64,000 nt of DNA from Heteronotia binoei (taxonomy: Eukaryota). Below the pieces are notes generated by a model, which was given only the letters and a program-made list of their open reading frames with translations, did not search any database and was not told the DNA's origin. How positions within the stretch are numbered: the stretch's first letter is position 1; the number at the start of each line of letters is the position of its first letter. This document shows, in pieces, positions 38,621 through 52,300 of this stretch. Made by a program: the position numbers and the translations under genes. The stretch covers positions 34,596,001 through 34,660,000 of the forward strand of contig NC_083223.1 of NCBI RefSeq assembly GCF_032191835.1. Direction: 5' to 3'.

Positions 38621-39141
38621 GAAGCAGGGATATTTATATAGGATATTTATATAGGATATAGGCCTAGGATATTTAGGCCTTCATCTGCTTTTACATCTGC
38701 CATGGTGTTGTGTAATGATATAGATGCATTTGTCCTCTTCTGATACTTGTTTTGGTTGTTTGGAAAAGGATTGTCTGAGCTTTGGATGCACATGGGCTTA
38801 AAGTAAAAAAAGGGGGCCAGGATACTGTTCTCCTGGCTCTGTACTTTGGATAGGAAACTAGGGTCAACAACTTGCTTTATTCTCCTAAACAACCACATCC
38901 TAACAGGGTATGGCCTCACAAGAAAAATGAGAACCAAACAATCCACATTAAAAGCATTGCCAGAGATATTCTTCACCAGTTCTGCTGAAGCTAACTAACT
39001 GACAGAGCAGAGAAATATCTCATAAAAGACTTACAGCCAGTAACTCATTTAAAAATCTTTGATGAACTGCAGAACATACGATACAAAATGAAGCTGATAT
39101 CACAGCTTCCACCCACTTCTTTCTCCATTTGTAACCGTTAC

Positions 39142-39280
39142 CTGAAGATGCTCCTTCGTGTTATGAGAATGTCTAACCTTGTCAAACTCTCTTTGGCATC
39201 CAACAGATTCTGGGTGGGGGCCAGTTTCTTCCAGACAAGTGCCTTCCGGCTGTCTCCGAGATAGGGATGATTACTGGAAT
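39142..39280 (-). CDS. Candidate exon of an unidentified gene
   Basis: CTCTGCAG acceptor, strong CAG|GTAACG donor, open frame SSNHPYLGDSRKALVWKKL...RRSIF, retained CpGs; product not recognised. Confidence 0.3.
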
Positions 39281-41943
39281 CTGCAGAGCATGCAGAACTG
39301 TCCAGTGCAAACCCAAAATAAATTTTATTGGCTGTCCTAAATACTACAAATGAGGATATAGCTGGGTAAATAAAAACAATTAACAAAATTTTTCATTATG
39401 AAAAACTTGTTTCTATTTGTATTCAGTCTCTGATATCCATGACAAGTTTCTTTCATTAAAATTTGAGAAAGTAGTATTTTCTTTGTTATTTAAGCTACAT
39501 AATTTAATCTGTATAATGGAACATTGTTTTTATGGCTTAACAGCAAACATTTCACTTCAGAGCTGCTGTTGCCATTTTCAAAAATTATGTCTGCAAACTG
39601 CTAATTTTCCAATATTCGTTGTCCCAGACAAGGTTCGGGTGATCTAAAATCCCCATGATCTGAAACCCCAGTTACATTTCTGCATTACTCAGGAAGGGAA
39701 TTAACACACCAAGATAGGATAAAGGCAGTCACTGAGGAATATACTGAGGGTTTTCTTAAGTAAAGAGAGTATAACTTTATGGAGAATGTGACTGTAAAGG
39801 TTAAAATGGAGGTTGCATGATGTAAAGCTCAGCCATTGTGGTCACTACTTAAGTGGCTTTTGAATGCAGTAAGTTCAGCACTCATGAAGCAAACAAAAAG
39901 AACAGTAACTTTTATTTAATTCTAGGGATAAAGGAATATGGTTGTTCAGAAAGGAAGACAAGAACTATTTAAAGGTGTAACAGACTCTTGCTGGGTCCAT
40001 TCAATTATAAGGTTACAGTTGATAATTAAGGAGTGTAGAGAGGTGTTATCACTAAGTTTGTACCCATGAGGTGAATACTGGCCTTCTCTCGGTCTTAGGA
40101 GTCTCACAGTGTAAATGTGACTTCTCAGAAACCACAAATCTGCTAGTTTCTCTCAGAAACTGGGGCTTCAAGGTAGATTCAGTCTCTTTCTCAAGCTAGT
40201 TTGCTTTATCACAAAATACAGGTTCTGAGACTTCCAAAGTCTCCTGAGAAACCCAAACCCTATCTCCACACATTCCTTGATTTATCTTACTTAAACACAT
40301 CATAAACTTCCTGGCCTCTCCTCTGAAAGTTCAGACCCTATTTGATCTGAGCTGACACGTAACAGCTTTTTCTCTCTCATTCCTCCTTCCCATCTGGTCA
40401 GGCCTCAGATTCAGTGGGAGCTCATAGGAGCGCAGCTCCTGAACCTTTCTGAGAGTTCCACCTCCTTCTTCCCACCTTGTTCATTGAATAGTAGGTGCAT
40501 AACAATCCCTGGATGAGCTCCACCACCGATTTTTCTACAAAACGACCCCTACATCTGGTTATTCCAGCCTTTTTAGGGATCCTGGTTGGCTGCCAGCTAC
40601 TCTGCTCACACACCAAACAGTATTAAAAGGGACTGGTGTTTTTCAGAAAGGGACATGAACTTTTCCCATCCAGTAAAGCCTGCTCTGGAACTGCTGTAGA
40701 TTCTGGTATACAATAGGAGTTATAATATAACATTTGAGTAGATTTCTACCGAAGGCTCCCCCCGCAATTCTTTCACATGCATTCTGTATGGCACAAGTTG
40801 TTAATCAGTTTTCACTTTGCCACAGGCGTCTAAGCCACAGGCAGAACTTTGATGGCAGATAAGACTCACCTTCTGATAGACCTCTCTTCCCTGACTATTA
40901 GCCATGATAGTTAAATGAAAACTCTGTGTCTAAAGGCTGTATACTTCTGAAGATTAAATGCTGGGCAAAACAGAGGATGACACTACACCTCTCCTCAGGT
41001 TGTCAGCTTTCTGGCTGCTGCTAGGAACAGGGTATGAGATTTGACAGACCTGACAGAATTCACCTGCTTATGGGTCATGAGCCTCTGCAGAATTGCCATT
41101 TCCCCCTTCATTTTGGAAGTATAAGTGCTTATTTGTAGAGAGCCAGTGTGCCAAGACTCTTGCCCCTCTTTCACATATATAAGGAACAGCAGGGAAGCCA
41201 GGTGAGCTTAGCAGAAGAAAGGATTCCTTTTAGCACAGAAAGGTTCAGGACCCCTTCCTGCCTGTCAAATCTCCTACTTGCCTTCTTCCCGACCAGTCAT
41301 AACTCTGGCTCCTCTTCCTGTCATGTGACCATGATATCATCATGTGCTTGCAATTAGGGGAGTCTCATGGCACAGCCTGGAGGAGTCTTGGCTCTGGAAA
41401 TGTTGAAGACCCCTGCTGTAAGGTGCATCTAAGACAGGGCTGCCAAGTGAGAAAAACAATGCTGGGAAAATGGTGATTGCTCCAATACGGCAATGTCACT
41501 TCCATCATGAACTTGGAAGTGATGTCATCACATTGGGACAACACTTAGGGATTTTAATAAAAATCTATGATAAAGGTGTGGCATTTGAATGGACTCCTAG
41601 AATATCAACTTGTCATCATGATTGGGCTTGCGTCAGAAGTGATGGTGCGCCATCAGATCAAAGGCAATTTGCATCCCCCCTTCCCAAACCTCCCACCACT
41701 TGCCAGTTTTCGGCTGGCAACCCTAATCTAAGGGCAAGTTTTGTAACTAGGCCAAGTTATATCTGAATTACTAAAAGAATTCTGTTTGTAATCCACATGG
41801 TAAATATTTCTTCTGAGTGCATCAAAATATGGTGTAATCTGAAAATTGCCATGCCCTGGAGTTTCATCAATGCCAAAGTAGATTTGGAATACATTTTTGG
41901 CATGTGAAAGTGGTTAGTAAAAACACTTGGTGATGTTATTCAC

Positions 41944-42069
41944 TAAAATCATGAGCATGTTGAATTGATTGCATTCGATCAGAGCCTTCTTGGCTGTGGA
42001 TCCAACTTGGTGGAATATGCTTCCAAGTGAGATCTGGGCCTTGTGGAGCTTGATACAGTTCTACATAGC
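41944..42069 (-). CDS. Candidate exon of an unidentified gene
   Basis: TTTTCATTTTACAG acceptor, A|GTGAAT donor, 126 bp, phase 1-1, open frame. Confidence 0.22.
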
Positions 42070-42861
42070 CTGTAAAATGAAAATGTACTCCCAAGAACAC
42101 GGGTGAGGTCAGGGGAACTCCTATCCATACACACCTTCTTACCTCTCCCTTCCCCCCCATCCCGGGGCAGCAGTATAGTATCGTATGTGCCATCTTATGA
42201 ATTGTAAACATTGGTATTGTTTTTAACTGATATGTTTTAATGTTATAGTATGTTCTGCTATTATGGGGAAAAGCAGGATACAAATTGAAGAAATAAATAA
42301 CAGATTGGTTGAGTTACCGAGTATTCCAGCAGACCTTATATTTCTCTCTACCCACAGAAAGGCCTGATATAGAGACTAACCATAATTTCCCTTGTAAACA
42401 GCAGAGGAGCATGTTTACTAGCTCTGGCCCACCAGAACCTAGAGCTAGCATTTGTGAGAACAGGCATGTCCATACAGCTCACAGAACTGGTGCTGTTGTA
42501 TGACTATGACAGCGCAGAACCTAATTATGAGGCACCTGAAGGCAATGAAGCCTGGAGCTCTAAGGAGCTGTTTAAATGCTGAACACATGAACCACCGGGA
42601 AAACTAACTCCTTCAGGGCTGTCTGTCCTGAACGACCCACCCACAGCCCAGCCAGCCTTCTGATTGGCTGGTCAGTGGGCAGCACTGCCGGGAGCTCAGG
42701 AGAAGGCAGAGAACCTCAAGCAAGCACCAGTGCACTGCTGGAAACTGACATTGAGCTACAGTTTGCCATGAGATCTATGCTTGTGGCTTGTGAGACTGTG
42801 AATCTGCTTGTGGCAGCTTCATGGACATTTCCAGAGAGGCAGTGTGTTAGACTATCAGAAC

Positions 42862-42915
42862 AAAATAAAAACAGAAGTCCAGTGGCACCTTAAAGACTAA
42901 CAGCATTTATTTAGA
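42862..42915 (-). mobile_element. Penelope-like terminal fragment
   Basis: Reverse complement of AAATAAATGCTGTTAGTCTTTAAGGTGCCACTGGACTTC. Confidence 0.55.
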
Positions 42916-45082
42916 AATAAATTGTGGAAATATTGGTTTCCACAAACAGCATCTCTGTGTGAATTATAAGCCTGGCAGCAATACTACACATTTGAAATGC
43001 ATGAGTAGGGGCTGCTATAAGCTATGAACAGGGCCACAGGAACACGGATTCAGGCTGCCTTGGAATACATAACTAAAGAAGAAAGGCTGTTTTGGGGTCA
43101 TTTTATTCTTGGCACCTGGTAATTAGTGGTTCTTCTCCCTGACAGAAGGTTTACAAAATGATAATGTTAATTTGTTTCCCAAAGAACAGAGTCAACTTTC
43201 CCATTTCATGCAAAAGGTTTTGTCCAATGTTTCCCCTTCTTTTTTCTTGGTGAGGCTGTTTGATCATACGGAGTTGAGCTTGAGAACATCAGAAAGTTGG
43301 TTTTGCATGAAATAAAGTCACTTGGTGATCGTCTCTTTCATGCTTGTTAGGAAGCTTTTCGGTGTTGTGATGAGCCACTGTGGATGCTAGGGAAGCACCT
43401 AAGGCTCCCATAAAGATTGGGCTCCAACTGTGCCAACTGATTTTTCTTTCCAAATATATATGCAGCAATTCAGAGGAAGGATGGAGACAAGAGCTAACAT
43501 CCTAAGATCAAGGTGATGCTTGGCATATGATATGGGTGGCATGTGTTGCCATTGTTTTTATTAATCTGTCTGCAAGCAGATGGTCATATTTACACATTTG
43601 GTGCTTGCCTAAAACTGTTCGCTGAATATTTTCTTTAAACAATGCTTTTTAAAAATAAAATAAAAATCTTCTTGCCATTTCAGAGGCACACTTTGAATTC
43701 TAGTTACTTAGCCTGTTTTCTTGGTTGGCCACACTCAGCGGTTCTGTGTGACTCCTTTTTTCTCTGAAACAACTTTCATTTGGCTCCCAAAATGTGCATT
43801 TTGTGAGCTGAACAGAACTCTAGAGATCAAAACCTCAATTATCCCAAATGGCTAGATGTACAAATTACACTGTTGGTTCCCCATGGCAGCTGGTTCTGTA
43901 CAACCGTTATGTACTTTTAGTCATCTCTAGAAAAAGACCTAATTATCCCCAGCCAGCTGAGAAAAAAATGAGGTTGGCCTGTAAGCGAGTCATTGGATCT
44001 TGGAATTGGCTACAGTATTTCTTGATTCAGAAAAAGCAGGCCCACTGCCAGTGGAGTAGAATGTAGAGCAGAGCAGTAGATAGCTGGCAGAGTGGGATGG
44101 CTACAGAAGCCTCAAGAAAGCAAGTTAAGCCACATTCTGGGGAAGGGGAGCTCACTGGGGATGTTATGCCATAGGCTCTCCGAAGTTGCCATTTCCTCCA
44201 AGGGAACTGATGTCTGTAGGTTGGAGATCAGCTGTAATTCTGGGAGAAGTTGACAACCTGATCTTAAATAAGAGATGCAACAGAAAAGCACATTTCAAAG
44301 AAAGGGTGGAAATTAGACAAAGATGATTCTCAGCCCACTGCAAAACTCAAATGCAGTATAGGTAAGATTTGCACTGTCATAGTTAACAGGTGTATAGGTT
44401 GTTCACATGTATATTTTTAGAGGGACAGTTTTGCTACATATGGGAATTCTACAGTAATATATGGAACTCATAGGATACTGGACAGGTGATAGGTGTGTAT
44501 TGTGTACTCTAGAAAGTGATAGTGTGTGATGCAGAACAAGCAAGTCAGCCTATGTTTAAAGCCCAACCCTGATGCTCCCCAGTTTAGCAAAGGCTATTTT
44601 CACATTTTTCTTTGACTCAGACTGGAATAGAAACATTCTGTTAAATAAATATTGAAATGCCTGGAATTCTAAAGAAATCACCTTACTCCACACTGGAAAC
44701 CAAGGCTGTATTATTTACACCCATTAACATTTCCAGAATCTTCCCATCTCTTGTGCTGAAAGTGGCCCTGAAAATACAAGACCATCGATCTGAAAGCTAC
44801 AGCTAAAGATGCTGGGAAGTGCTGTGCATGGTGCCTTCACCTATTTTATAAAATCTATTAATGAGCCAGCACCTGGAGTGTTTTATTTTTAGTGTACAGT
44901 ATTAGCAGTTATCTAGAAGCATTAAGTGAGCTGTGAAAAGCATCTGCTGCAATTTTAAAGCACGAACATTGACTATTAAATTAGACTAAATTCATATTGG
45001 GAGCATCATTTTCTCCTTGCATAAGCTGCCAAGGAGACAGCTTGGTCCATATGTCAGACCCGATCCTGTTTTTTCTTGACAC

Positions 45083-45271
45083 CTGAGTACTGGGACAGCC
45101 TCCTGGTTCCCAGAGCATTGTTGCACACCATTATCCTCCTGGACATCTCAATGCTATTCCTCCTTGAGTTGCTACCAGGAGAGTTCTGTCTGAGTCCGTT
45201 TATCAGGCAGCCCGGATTGCTTTCACTTTTGGAGATATATTTGGGCTCTCTTAAATTTATGACGTGCTTTC
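45083..45271 (-). CDS. Candidate exon of an unidentified gene
   Basis: CTCCCTGCATTTTTCTCTAG acceptor, weak CAG|GTGTCA donor, 189 bp, phase 1-1, open frame. Confidence 0.22.
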
Positions 45272-45334
45272 CTAGAGAAAAATGCAGGGAGATGCAGGCT
45301 GAATTCACAAATACTTCTTAAAATGATTTTGACA

Positions 45335-46041
45335 TAGGGTTGCCAACTCTGACTTGGGAAATTCCTGGAGATTTGGGGGTGGTGCCTGAGAAGGGCAGAG
45401 CTGGGGGAGGGACCTCAGCAGGGATATAACACCATAGAGTCCACTCTCTGAAGTTGCCATTTTCTCTAGGGGAATTGAATACTGGAGGTCAGTTGTAATT
45501 AGGGTTGCCAGGTCTGATTCAAGAAATATCTGGGGACTTTGGGGGTGGAGCCAGGAGCAACGGTGTGACAAGCACAACTGAACTCTAAAGGGAGTTCTGG
45601 CCATCACATTTAAAGGGACCACACTCCTTTTAAATGCCTTCATTGGAAATAATGAAGGATAGGGGCACCTTCCTTTGGGGCTCACAGAATTGGACCCCTT
45701 GGTCCAATCTTTTTAAAACTTGTGGGGTGGTATTTTGAGGAGAGGCACCAGATGCTATGCTGAAAATTGGTGCCTCTACCTCAGAAAACAGCCTCCCACG
45801 TCTGAGCCCCAGATACCTATATCTATTCTTCATTATACTCTATGGGAATTGGTCTCCATAGGGAATAATAAAGTTTCCCTCCCCCCGCCCCTGCTTTCTT
45901 ATAACCCTGAAGCAGGGGGAGGGCCTCCAAACTGGGGGATCCTCTGCCCCCAACTGGGGATTGGCAACCCTAGTTGTAATGCCAGAACTCCAGGATCCAC
46001 CTACCAGAGTTATGCACATGCAAACCAGATAGGCAACCCTT
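45335..46041. mobile_element. Outer hAT MITE (TAGGGTTGCC family) hosting a nested copy
   Basis: TAGGGTTGCC at 45335 and GGCAACCCT at 46032-46040. Confidence 0.7.
45500..45972. mobile_element. Inner hAT MITE
   Basis: TAGGGTTGCCA...TGGCAACCCTA; perfect 8-bp TSD GTTGTAAT (45492-45499 and 45973-45980). Confidence 0.9.
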
Positions 46042-47592
46042 ACTGTGCTTGTACCGGGTTTCTCAGTTGATTGAAAGATGGCTGGGAAGGTAGAGTAACT
46101 ATCACATCAACATCCCTGGGCTTTACATAGCAATACTTTGTTATGGTCTTGGGCTGTGAGTTTTGCATCTAGTTAGAGATGCTTTAGTACTAATTACTCA
46201 TTTGACATTATGACTGGATGCAGGAATGTAGCTTTGTTTTCTCCCTCAGGGATTTGCCCATAACGGGCATGATTTTGTCAGGAAAATTGGAAGTATTTTT
46301 TAATACCATTGACTAAAAGGGTATGCTTTAACTCTCTCAAAGCATCATAGTTTATGGCAAGGGTGTCAAATGTGTGGCTCGTGGGCCAGAATTGGCTTAC
46401 TCAGAGCTTTAATCAGGCCCCTGGGGCTCTTTTCTTCCACCTTCTGTCTTCACCATTTGAAGCTCCAAGGCTGATAGTTCCCTGTTCTTTCAGTTCCTTG
46501 CCTTTTCTGCCTTGTCTTTGCAGGCTGCAGCACAGACAAAGTTGCAAGGAAAACGTGGAGTGGATTTTCTATTACGGTCTCTTTGCCCAGATAGATAGGG
46601 CCCAGGGACCTTGATGAAAGATCCATTTCACATTTTCCTTGCAGCTTTATCTGTGCTGTATTTTGTGTTGCCAGTTCCTATATAGGCAGCTGAAGCTCAG
46701 GCTTCCTGGAGTTGTGTCATTGCAAATAAAAGGCTGATGCTTTGAGCCAGCTTTTCTCTGATCAATGGACCAGACTTAGTGAGTACTCCAACCTGGGAAC
46801 CTACAGCCAAAGGTTGATATTATACTGGAGAGCCAATGCCAATCTGAGTAGACCCGAGGGGGGGGGGTGGCCGGGGGGGGGGAGAAGCTTGCAATGCCGT
46901 TTCATTGTTTTCCCAGGCTCAGAGCATTTTATATTTCTAGTTTCTGCTGTGATCCTTCTGCTTTTTCTTGATATTTTATTTTAAAAATACATTGCAGGAG
47001 TTTTGAGAATGTTTGTATTTGAAGTTTTAAAAATAATGTATTTATTTGTATTTGTCAGTGTCCTTTATAAAGTTTATATTTCTACTACCTCACATTACAT
47101 TTTATGATACACATGACCTGGCCCCACAAAGTCCCATTTGTATCAGATCTGGCCCTTCTAACTCATTTGAGTTTGACATCCTTGGTTTATGGATTCAGAC
47201 TGATTGGTATATAGCTTTCTATGTGTTTAAAGCTCAGAATTTGTCTTTTTAGATGATATATGAAAATATGATAACCAATTTTCATATACCAGCTACAACC
47301 CACCTCCTGTAAATTGGACCTTGGAGCCTATGTGAATACATTTACATCACAATTTATATAGCCTTCTGTATGAATATCCTCCCTCTCATGGATTGCTGCC
47401 TTGACATGGCGAGGGGGCTTGCGTGGTTCAATGAGGCTGTGGGTTATGACATGCAGGGCCACCCAAGATAGACAGGCCACAGCTGAGAAGCCAGACAAAA
47501 TGTGATCCACTGGAAATGGCAAACACTGCAGTATCCTTGCCAAGAAAACCCCATGGACAGTAACAAAAGGCTAAAACATATGGTGCTGGAGG

Positions 47593-48885
47593 ATGACCCC
47601 CTCAGGTCTGAAAGATGCCCAATATGCTACTGGGGAAGAGCGGAGGGCAAGTCCAAGTAACCACAGAAAGAGAGAAGCGAATGGGCCAAAGCCAAAAGGA
47701 CGCTCAGTTGTGGATGTGTCTAATGGTGAAAGAACAGTCCGATGCTGCAAAGAACAATACTGCATTGGAACATGGAGTGTAAGATCTATGAATCAAGGTA
47801 AGCTGGATGTAATCAAACAAGAGATGGCAAGACTGAACATCGACATCTTGGGAATCAGTGAACTAAAATGGATGGGAATGGGTGAATTTAACTCAGAGAA
47901 TCACTACATCTATTACTGTGGGCAAGAGTCCTGTAGAAGAAATGGTGTGGCCTTTACAGTTAACAAGACAGTGAGGAAGGCAGTAATGGGATACAATCTC
48001 AAAAATGATAGAATGATCTTGGTCCGTATTCGAGGCAAACCATTCAATATCACAGTAATCCAAGTCTATGTCCCAACCACTGATGCAAAAGAGGCTGAAG
48101 TGGACCAGTTCTGTGAAGATCTACAACACCTTCTAGAATTAACACCAAAAAAAGATGTCCTCCTCATCATAGGGGACTGGAATGCCAAAGTAGGAAGTCA
48201 AAAGGTCACCAGAACAACTGACAAGTTTGGCCTTGGAGAACAAAATGAAGCTGGGCAAAGGCTAGTAGAGTTTTGTTAAGAGAACAAGCTGATCATAGCG
48301 AACACCCTCTTCCAACAACCTAAAAGGCAACTCTACACATGGACATCACCTGATGGGCAACACAGAAATCAGATTGATTATATACTCTGCACTCAAAGAT
48401 GGAGAAGCGCCTTACAGTCAGCAAAAACAAGACCTGGAGCTGACTGTGGCTCAGATCATGAGCTACTCATTGCAAAAGTCAGGCTTAAACTGAAGAAAAC
48501 TGGGGAAGCCATCAGGCCATTCAGGTTTGACCTTGATCACATCCCTTATGAATATACAGTGGAGGTGAAGAATAGGTTTAAGGAACTAGAGTTGATAGAC
48601 AAAATGCCGGAAGAACTATGACCAGAGGTTCATGACATTGTACAAAAGGCAGCAATCAGTACCACCCCAAAGAAAAAGAAATGCAAGATAGCAAAGTGGC
48701 TGTCTGATGAGGCTTTACAAATAGCTGAGGAAAGAAGGAAAGGGAAAGGCAAAGGTGAAAAGGAAAAATTCACCCAACTGAATGCAGATTTTCAGAGAAC
48801 AGCAAGGAGAGATAAGAAGGCCTTCCTGAAAGAGCAATGCAAAGCAATAGAGGAAAATAATAGAATGGGAAGAACAAGAGATCTC
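47593..48885 (+). pseudogene. Bov-B ORF, N-terminal part (AP endonuclease), with a stop at about 48277
   Basis: ORF track plus a downstream continuation (HRNQIDYIL...DCGSDHELL). Confidence 0.9.
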
Positions 48886-49318
48886 TGTCAGAACTGGAAG
48901 AACTTCAATCGAGGCCCAGGACTTCGTTACAAAAGTATAGGCGTTTATTGAGAACTACAAGGCTGAAGGTACAGGATAACACTGATACCGAAAGCTAGCA
49001 TTAGTTACATTTTATGCGGTTATGGCAACAACAATAAAACAATCTTTCACACGGCCAGAGACAACTGTCTGTTTCTCAGGGTCTGTTATCAGCAAGGGAG
49101 GATGAAGTCCTGCTGAGAAGGCCTGGCCGGCTCGGCTTCAAAGGGGCACCTGCAGATGTTGACCAGAGGCTATCTGTCACCCGCCAGTGATCACAGTTTG
49201 TTTGAAATGCATAGGAATTTTGGTTAGTGGCCTACAGCAGGGTACACTGGGTTAGTATCTGGTTACAACATGGAGTCAGTCCGGCTAACAGCACACAGGA
49301 AAGTTACAAGTTCTGACA
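48886..49318 (-). repeat. 3' LTR (433 bp)
   Basis: TGTCAGAAC...GTTCTGACA terminal inverted repeat. Confidence 0.95.
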
Positions 49319-49329
49319 TACTGCCCCCC

Positions 49330-52300
49330 CTAAGCTTTCGCCCTGGGCTTGTGTGGGTACAGTAGGTGAAATTTCTTAAGCAGTTGCGGGGCGGATACAT
49401 CACTAGCTTTGACCCACTCGTCACAGCTCAGGGGGAAGTACTTCCAACGGACTAAGTAGTACAGCACCCCCCGCTTGACCCTGGAGTCTAGGATCTCCTG
49501 CACCTCATGGTGGCTCTGGCCCTTCACTCACGTAGGAGGTGGCTCGGGAGGGCGAGGGTGCCAGGATGTAGCTCCAGGATCTTTGCAAAGAAGGCTGCAA
49601 TGAAAACAGGGTGGATCTTACTCAGTAATTTGGGCAGCTCTAACTCCACAGTTACGCTGTTAATCACTCGTTTTATTTTGAACGGACCCAAGTACTTGTA
49701 GGCCAGCTTCCGGCAAGTCTGAGGTAGGGGAAGGTTCTTGGTTGACAGGAACACTCTCTCCCCTTCCTTAAATTCCCACTGGGGGGAGTGTTTCTTATCA
49801 AACTGCCGTTTGTATTCTTCTTTGGCCTTCTCCAGGTTTTCTTGAATCACTTCCCACCCTTGGCAGACCCCCTCCCATCATTGTTGACAAGAGGTCTGTT
49901 CGGGGGGCCCTGCTGGTAATGGGAGATGAGGGAAGGGCTTGCCCTCGTACCCATTCACTATTTGGAATAGAGAGGTTTTTGTGGAGCTATGCAAGCTGTT
50001 GTTGTACCCGTATTCGGCAAAGGCCAATAGTTCTACCCAGTTTGACTGCTGAAAGTTGACGTAGCATCTGAGGTACTGTTCTAGAAGCCCGTTCACCCTC
50101 TCCGTCTGGCTGTCCGTCTGTGGGTGGTAGGCAGAACTGAATCCCTGCTCTATCCCCGCCATTTTGCAAAACTCCCGCCAGAAGTTGGCAACGAACTGTG
50201 GCCCGTGGTCACTAGTGACCTTATCTGGGAACAAGTGGAGGCGGACCACGTGGGTAAAGAATAGGCAGGCCAACTTCTTGGCGGTGGGCAGCTGCTTGCA
50301 CGGGATGAAGTGGGCTTGTTTAGAAAAAGTGTCTACCACTACTAGGATCACGGTTTTCCCCTGGGAGGGAGGGAGTTCAACTATGAAGTCCATCGAGACC
50401 ACTGCCCACGGTCTGGTTGCAGTTGGGAGGGGGACTAGGTGGCCGGGCGGTTCCCCCCCCCTCCGTTTTGCCATGATGCATGTCGGGCAGGAACTTACAA
50501 ACTCCGACAAGTCCCTTTTTAACTGCGGCCACCAAAATTGCCGGGTGATCAGGTTCAGTGTTTTCACGTAGCCGAAGTGCCCCGCTAAGCGGCTTGAGTG
50601 GCACTGCTCTAGCACCTCCCTCCGTAGGCTCTTCGGCACATAGATCTTTCCGCCGTGGTACCAGAGCCCCCCTTCCCCCTTTTCTACTCCTTCGGGCCTT
50701 TCCCCTCCCTCCGCCTCCATTTTGGCCACGAAACGTTCCTTCTCTTTTGGCTCAGGGGTCCCTGTTTTTTTTCCTGACCGGGTGGTGACTCTGCCCGCCA
50801 CTTGGGTGGGTGGAATGAGGGAGTCTATTACTTCCTCCCTTTGGCTGTCTTGCTGGGGCTTGCGCGAGAGCGTGTCGGCTAAGAAATTCTTGGTGCCGGG
50901 GATGTGTTTTAGCACAAAGTCAAATTTGGCAAAAAACCCCGCCCACCGTATTTGGTTGGCGGTTAATTTGCGGCGGCCGGTTAGTGCTTCCAGATTTTTG
51001 TGGTCCGTCCAAATTTCTAACGGGACCCGGGCTCCCTCCAGCCACGATCGCCAGGTTTTGAGAGCGAACGTGACCGCAAAAGCTTCCTTGTCCCATACTG
51101 ACCAGTTTCTCTGCTCGTTCGAAAATTTGTGGGAAATGTACGCACAAGGCCGGAGCCCCCCCCCCGTCGTCTCGCTGCATGAATATTGCCCCCACCGCGA
51201 CGTCAGAGGCGTCGCATTGCACCACGAACGGCTTTAACTCGTTGGGGTGGGCTAGCACCGGTTCGCTGGTGAACAACCTTTTCAATTCCTCGAAGGCGCG
51301 CTGGCACTCGGGCGACCATGGCAGGCGCGCTCCGGGTTTCTTCACTTCCTCCCCTTTCCCTTTTGTTTTGAGGAGCTCTGTGAGGGGCAACATGACCTGG
51401 GCGAACCCTTTGATGAACCCGCGGTAAAAATTTGCAAACCCGAGGAATGATTGTAACTGCCGTCGCGTTCAGGGCGGCTCCCAATCTAAGACCGCTTGGA
51501 TTTTCACAGGGTCCATCGCTAGCCCTTTCCACGACACTCTAAAGCCGAGGTAATCTAGTTCCGACTTGTGGAACTCGCACTTGGTCAATTTAGCATACAA
51601 TTTGTTCTGATACAGGGTATCTAACACTTTTCTGACCAATGGCACATGCGACTCAAGGTCTTTCGAGTAAATAATGATGTCATCCGGGTAGACCACCACC
51701 CCCTTGTACAAATATTCCCTTAGCACCTCATTGATAAAGTTCATAAACACTCCCGGCGCTCCCTGCAGCCCAAATGGCATCACTAAGTTTTCAAATTGTC
51801 CCATCGGCGTATTGAACGCCGTTTTCCACTTGTCCCCCTCCTTGATTCGGATCCGAAAGTACGCATCGTGGACGTCAAGCTTGGTGAACACTTTGCCCTC
51901 TGCCACCGTGCTTAGCAAATCTTTTATCAGCAGGATCGGGTAGGCGTTTGACATGGAAATCCCGTTTATCCCGCGAAAATCTGTGCAAAGTCTCAAACTC
52001 CCATCCTTCTTCTTGCGGAATAACACGGGGGCAGCATGGGGTGCCGTGGCCGGCCAGATGAACCCCCGTTTCAAGTTTTTGTCTATGAACTTTTTTAGTT
52101 CCGCCTTCTCTGCCCAGCCCATCGAGTAGAGCTTAGCTTTCGGTAGCTCCTGCCCTGGTATTAGCTCGATGGCGCAATCGGTTGGGCGGTGCGGGGGCAG
52201 CTCATCCGCCTCCTGTTCGCTAAAGGCCCCTCTCAGATCCCGGTATTCTCTGGGGATCGATTTCACTTCTTCTATGGTCAGGCACAGTCGCTCATTTTGA

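Noticed and set aside
39655-40430. Solo ERV LTR
   Set aside because: LTR-like composition, but no matching TG...CA ends with a TSD were found
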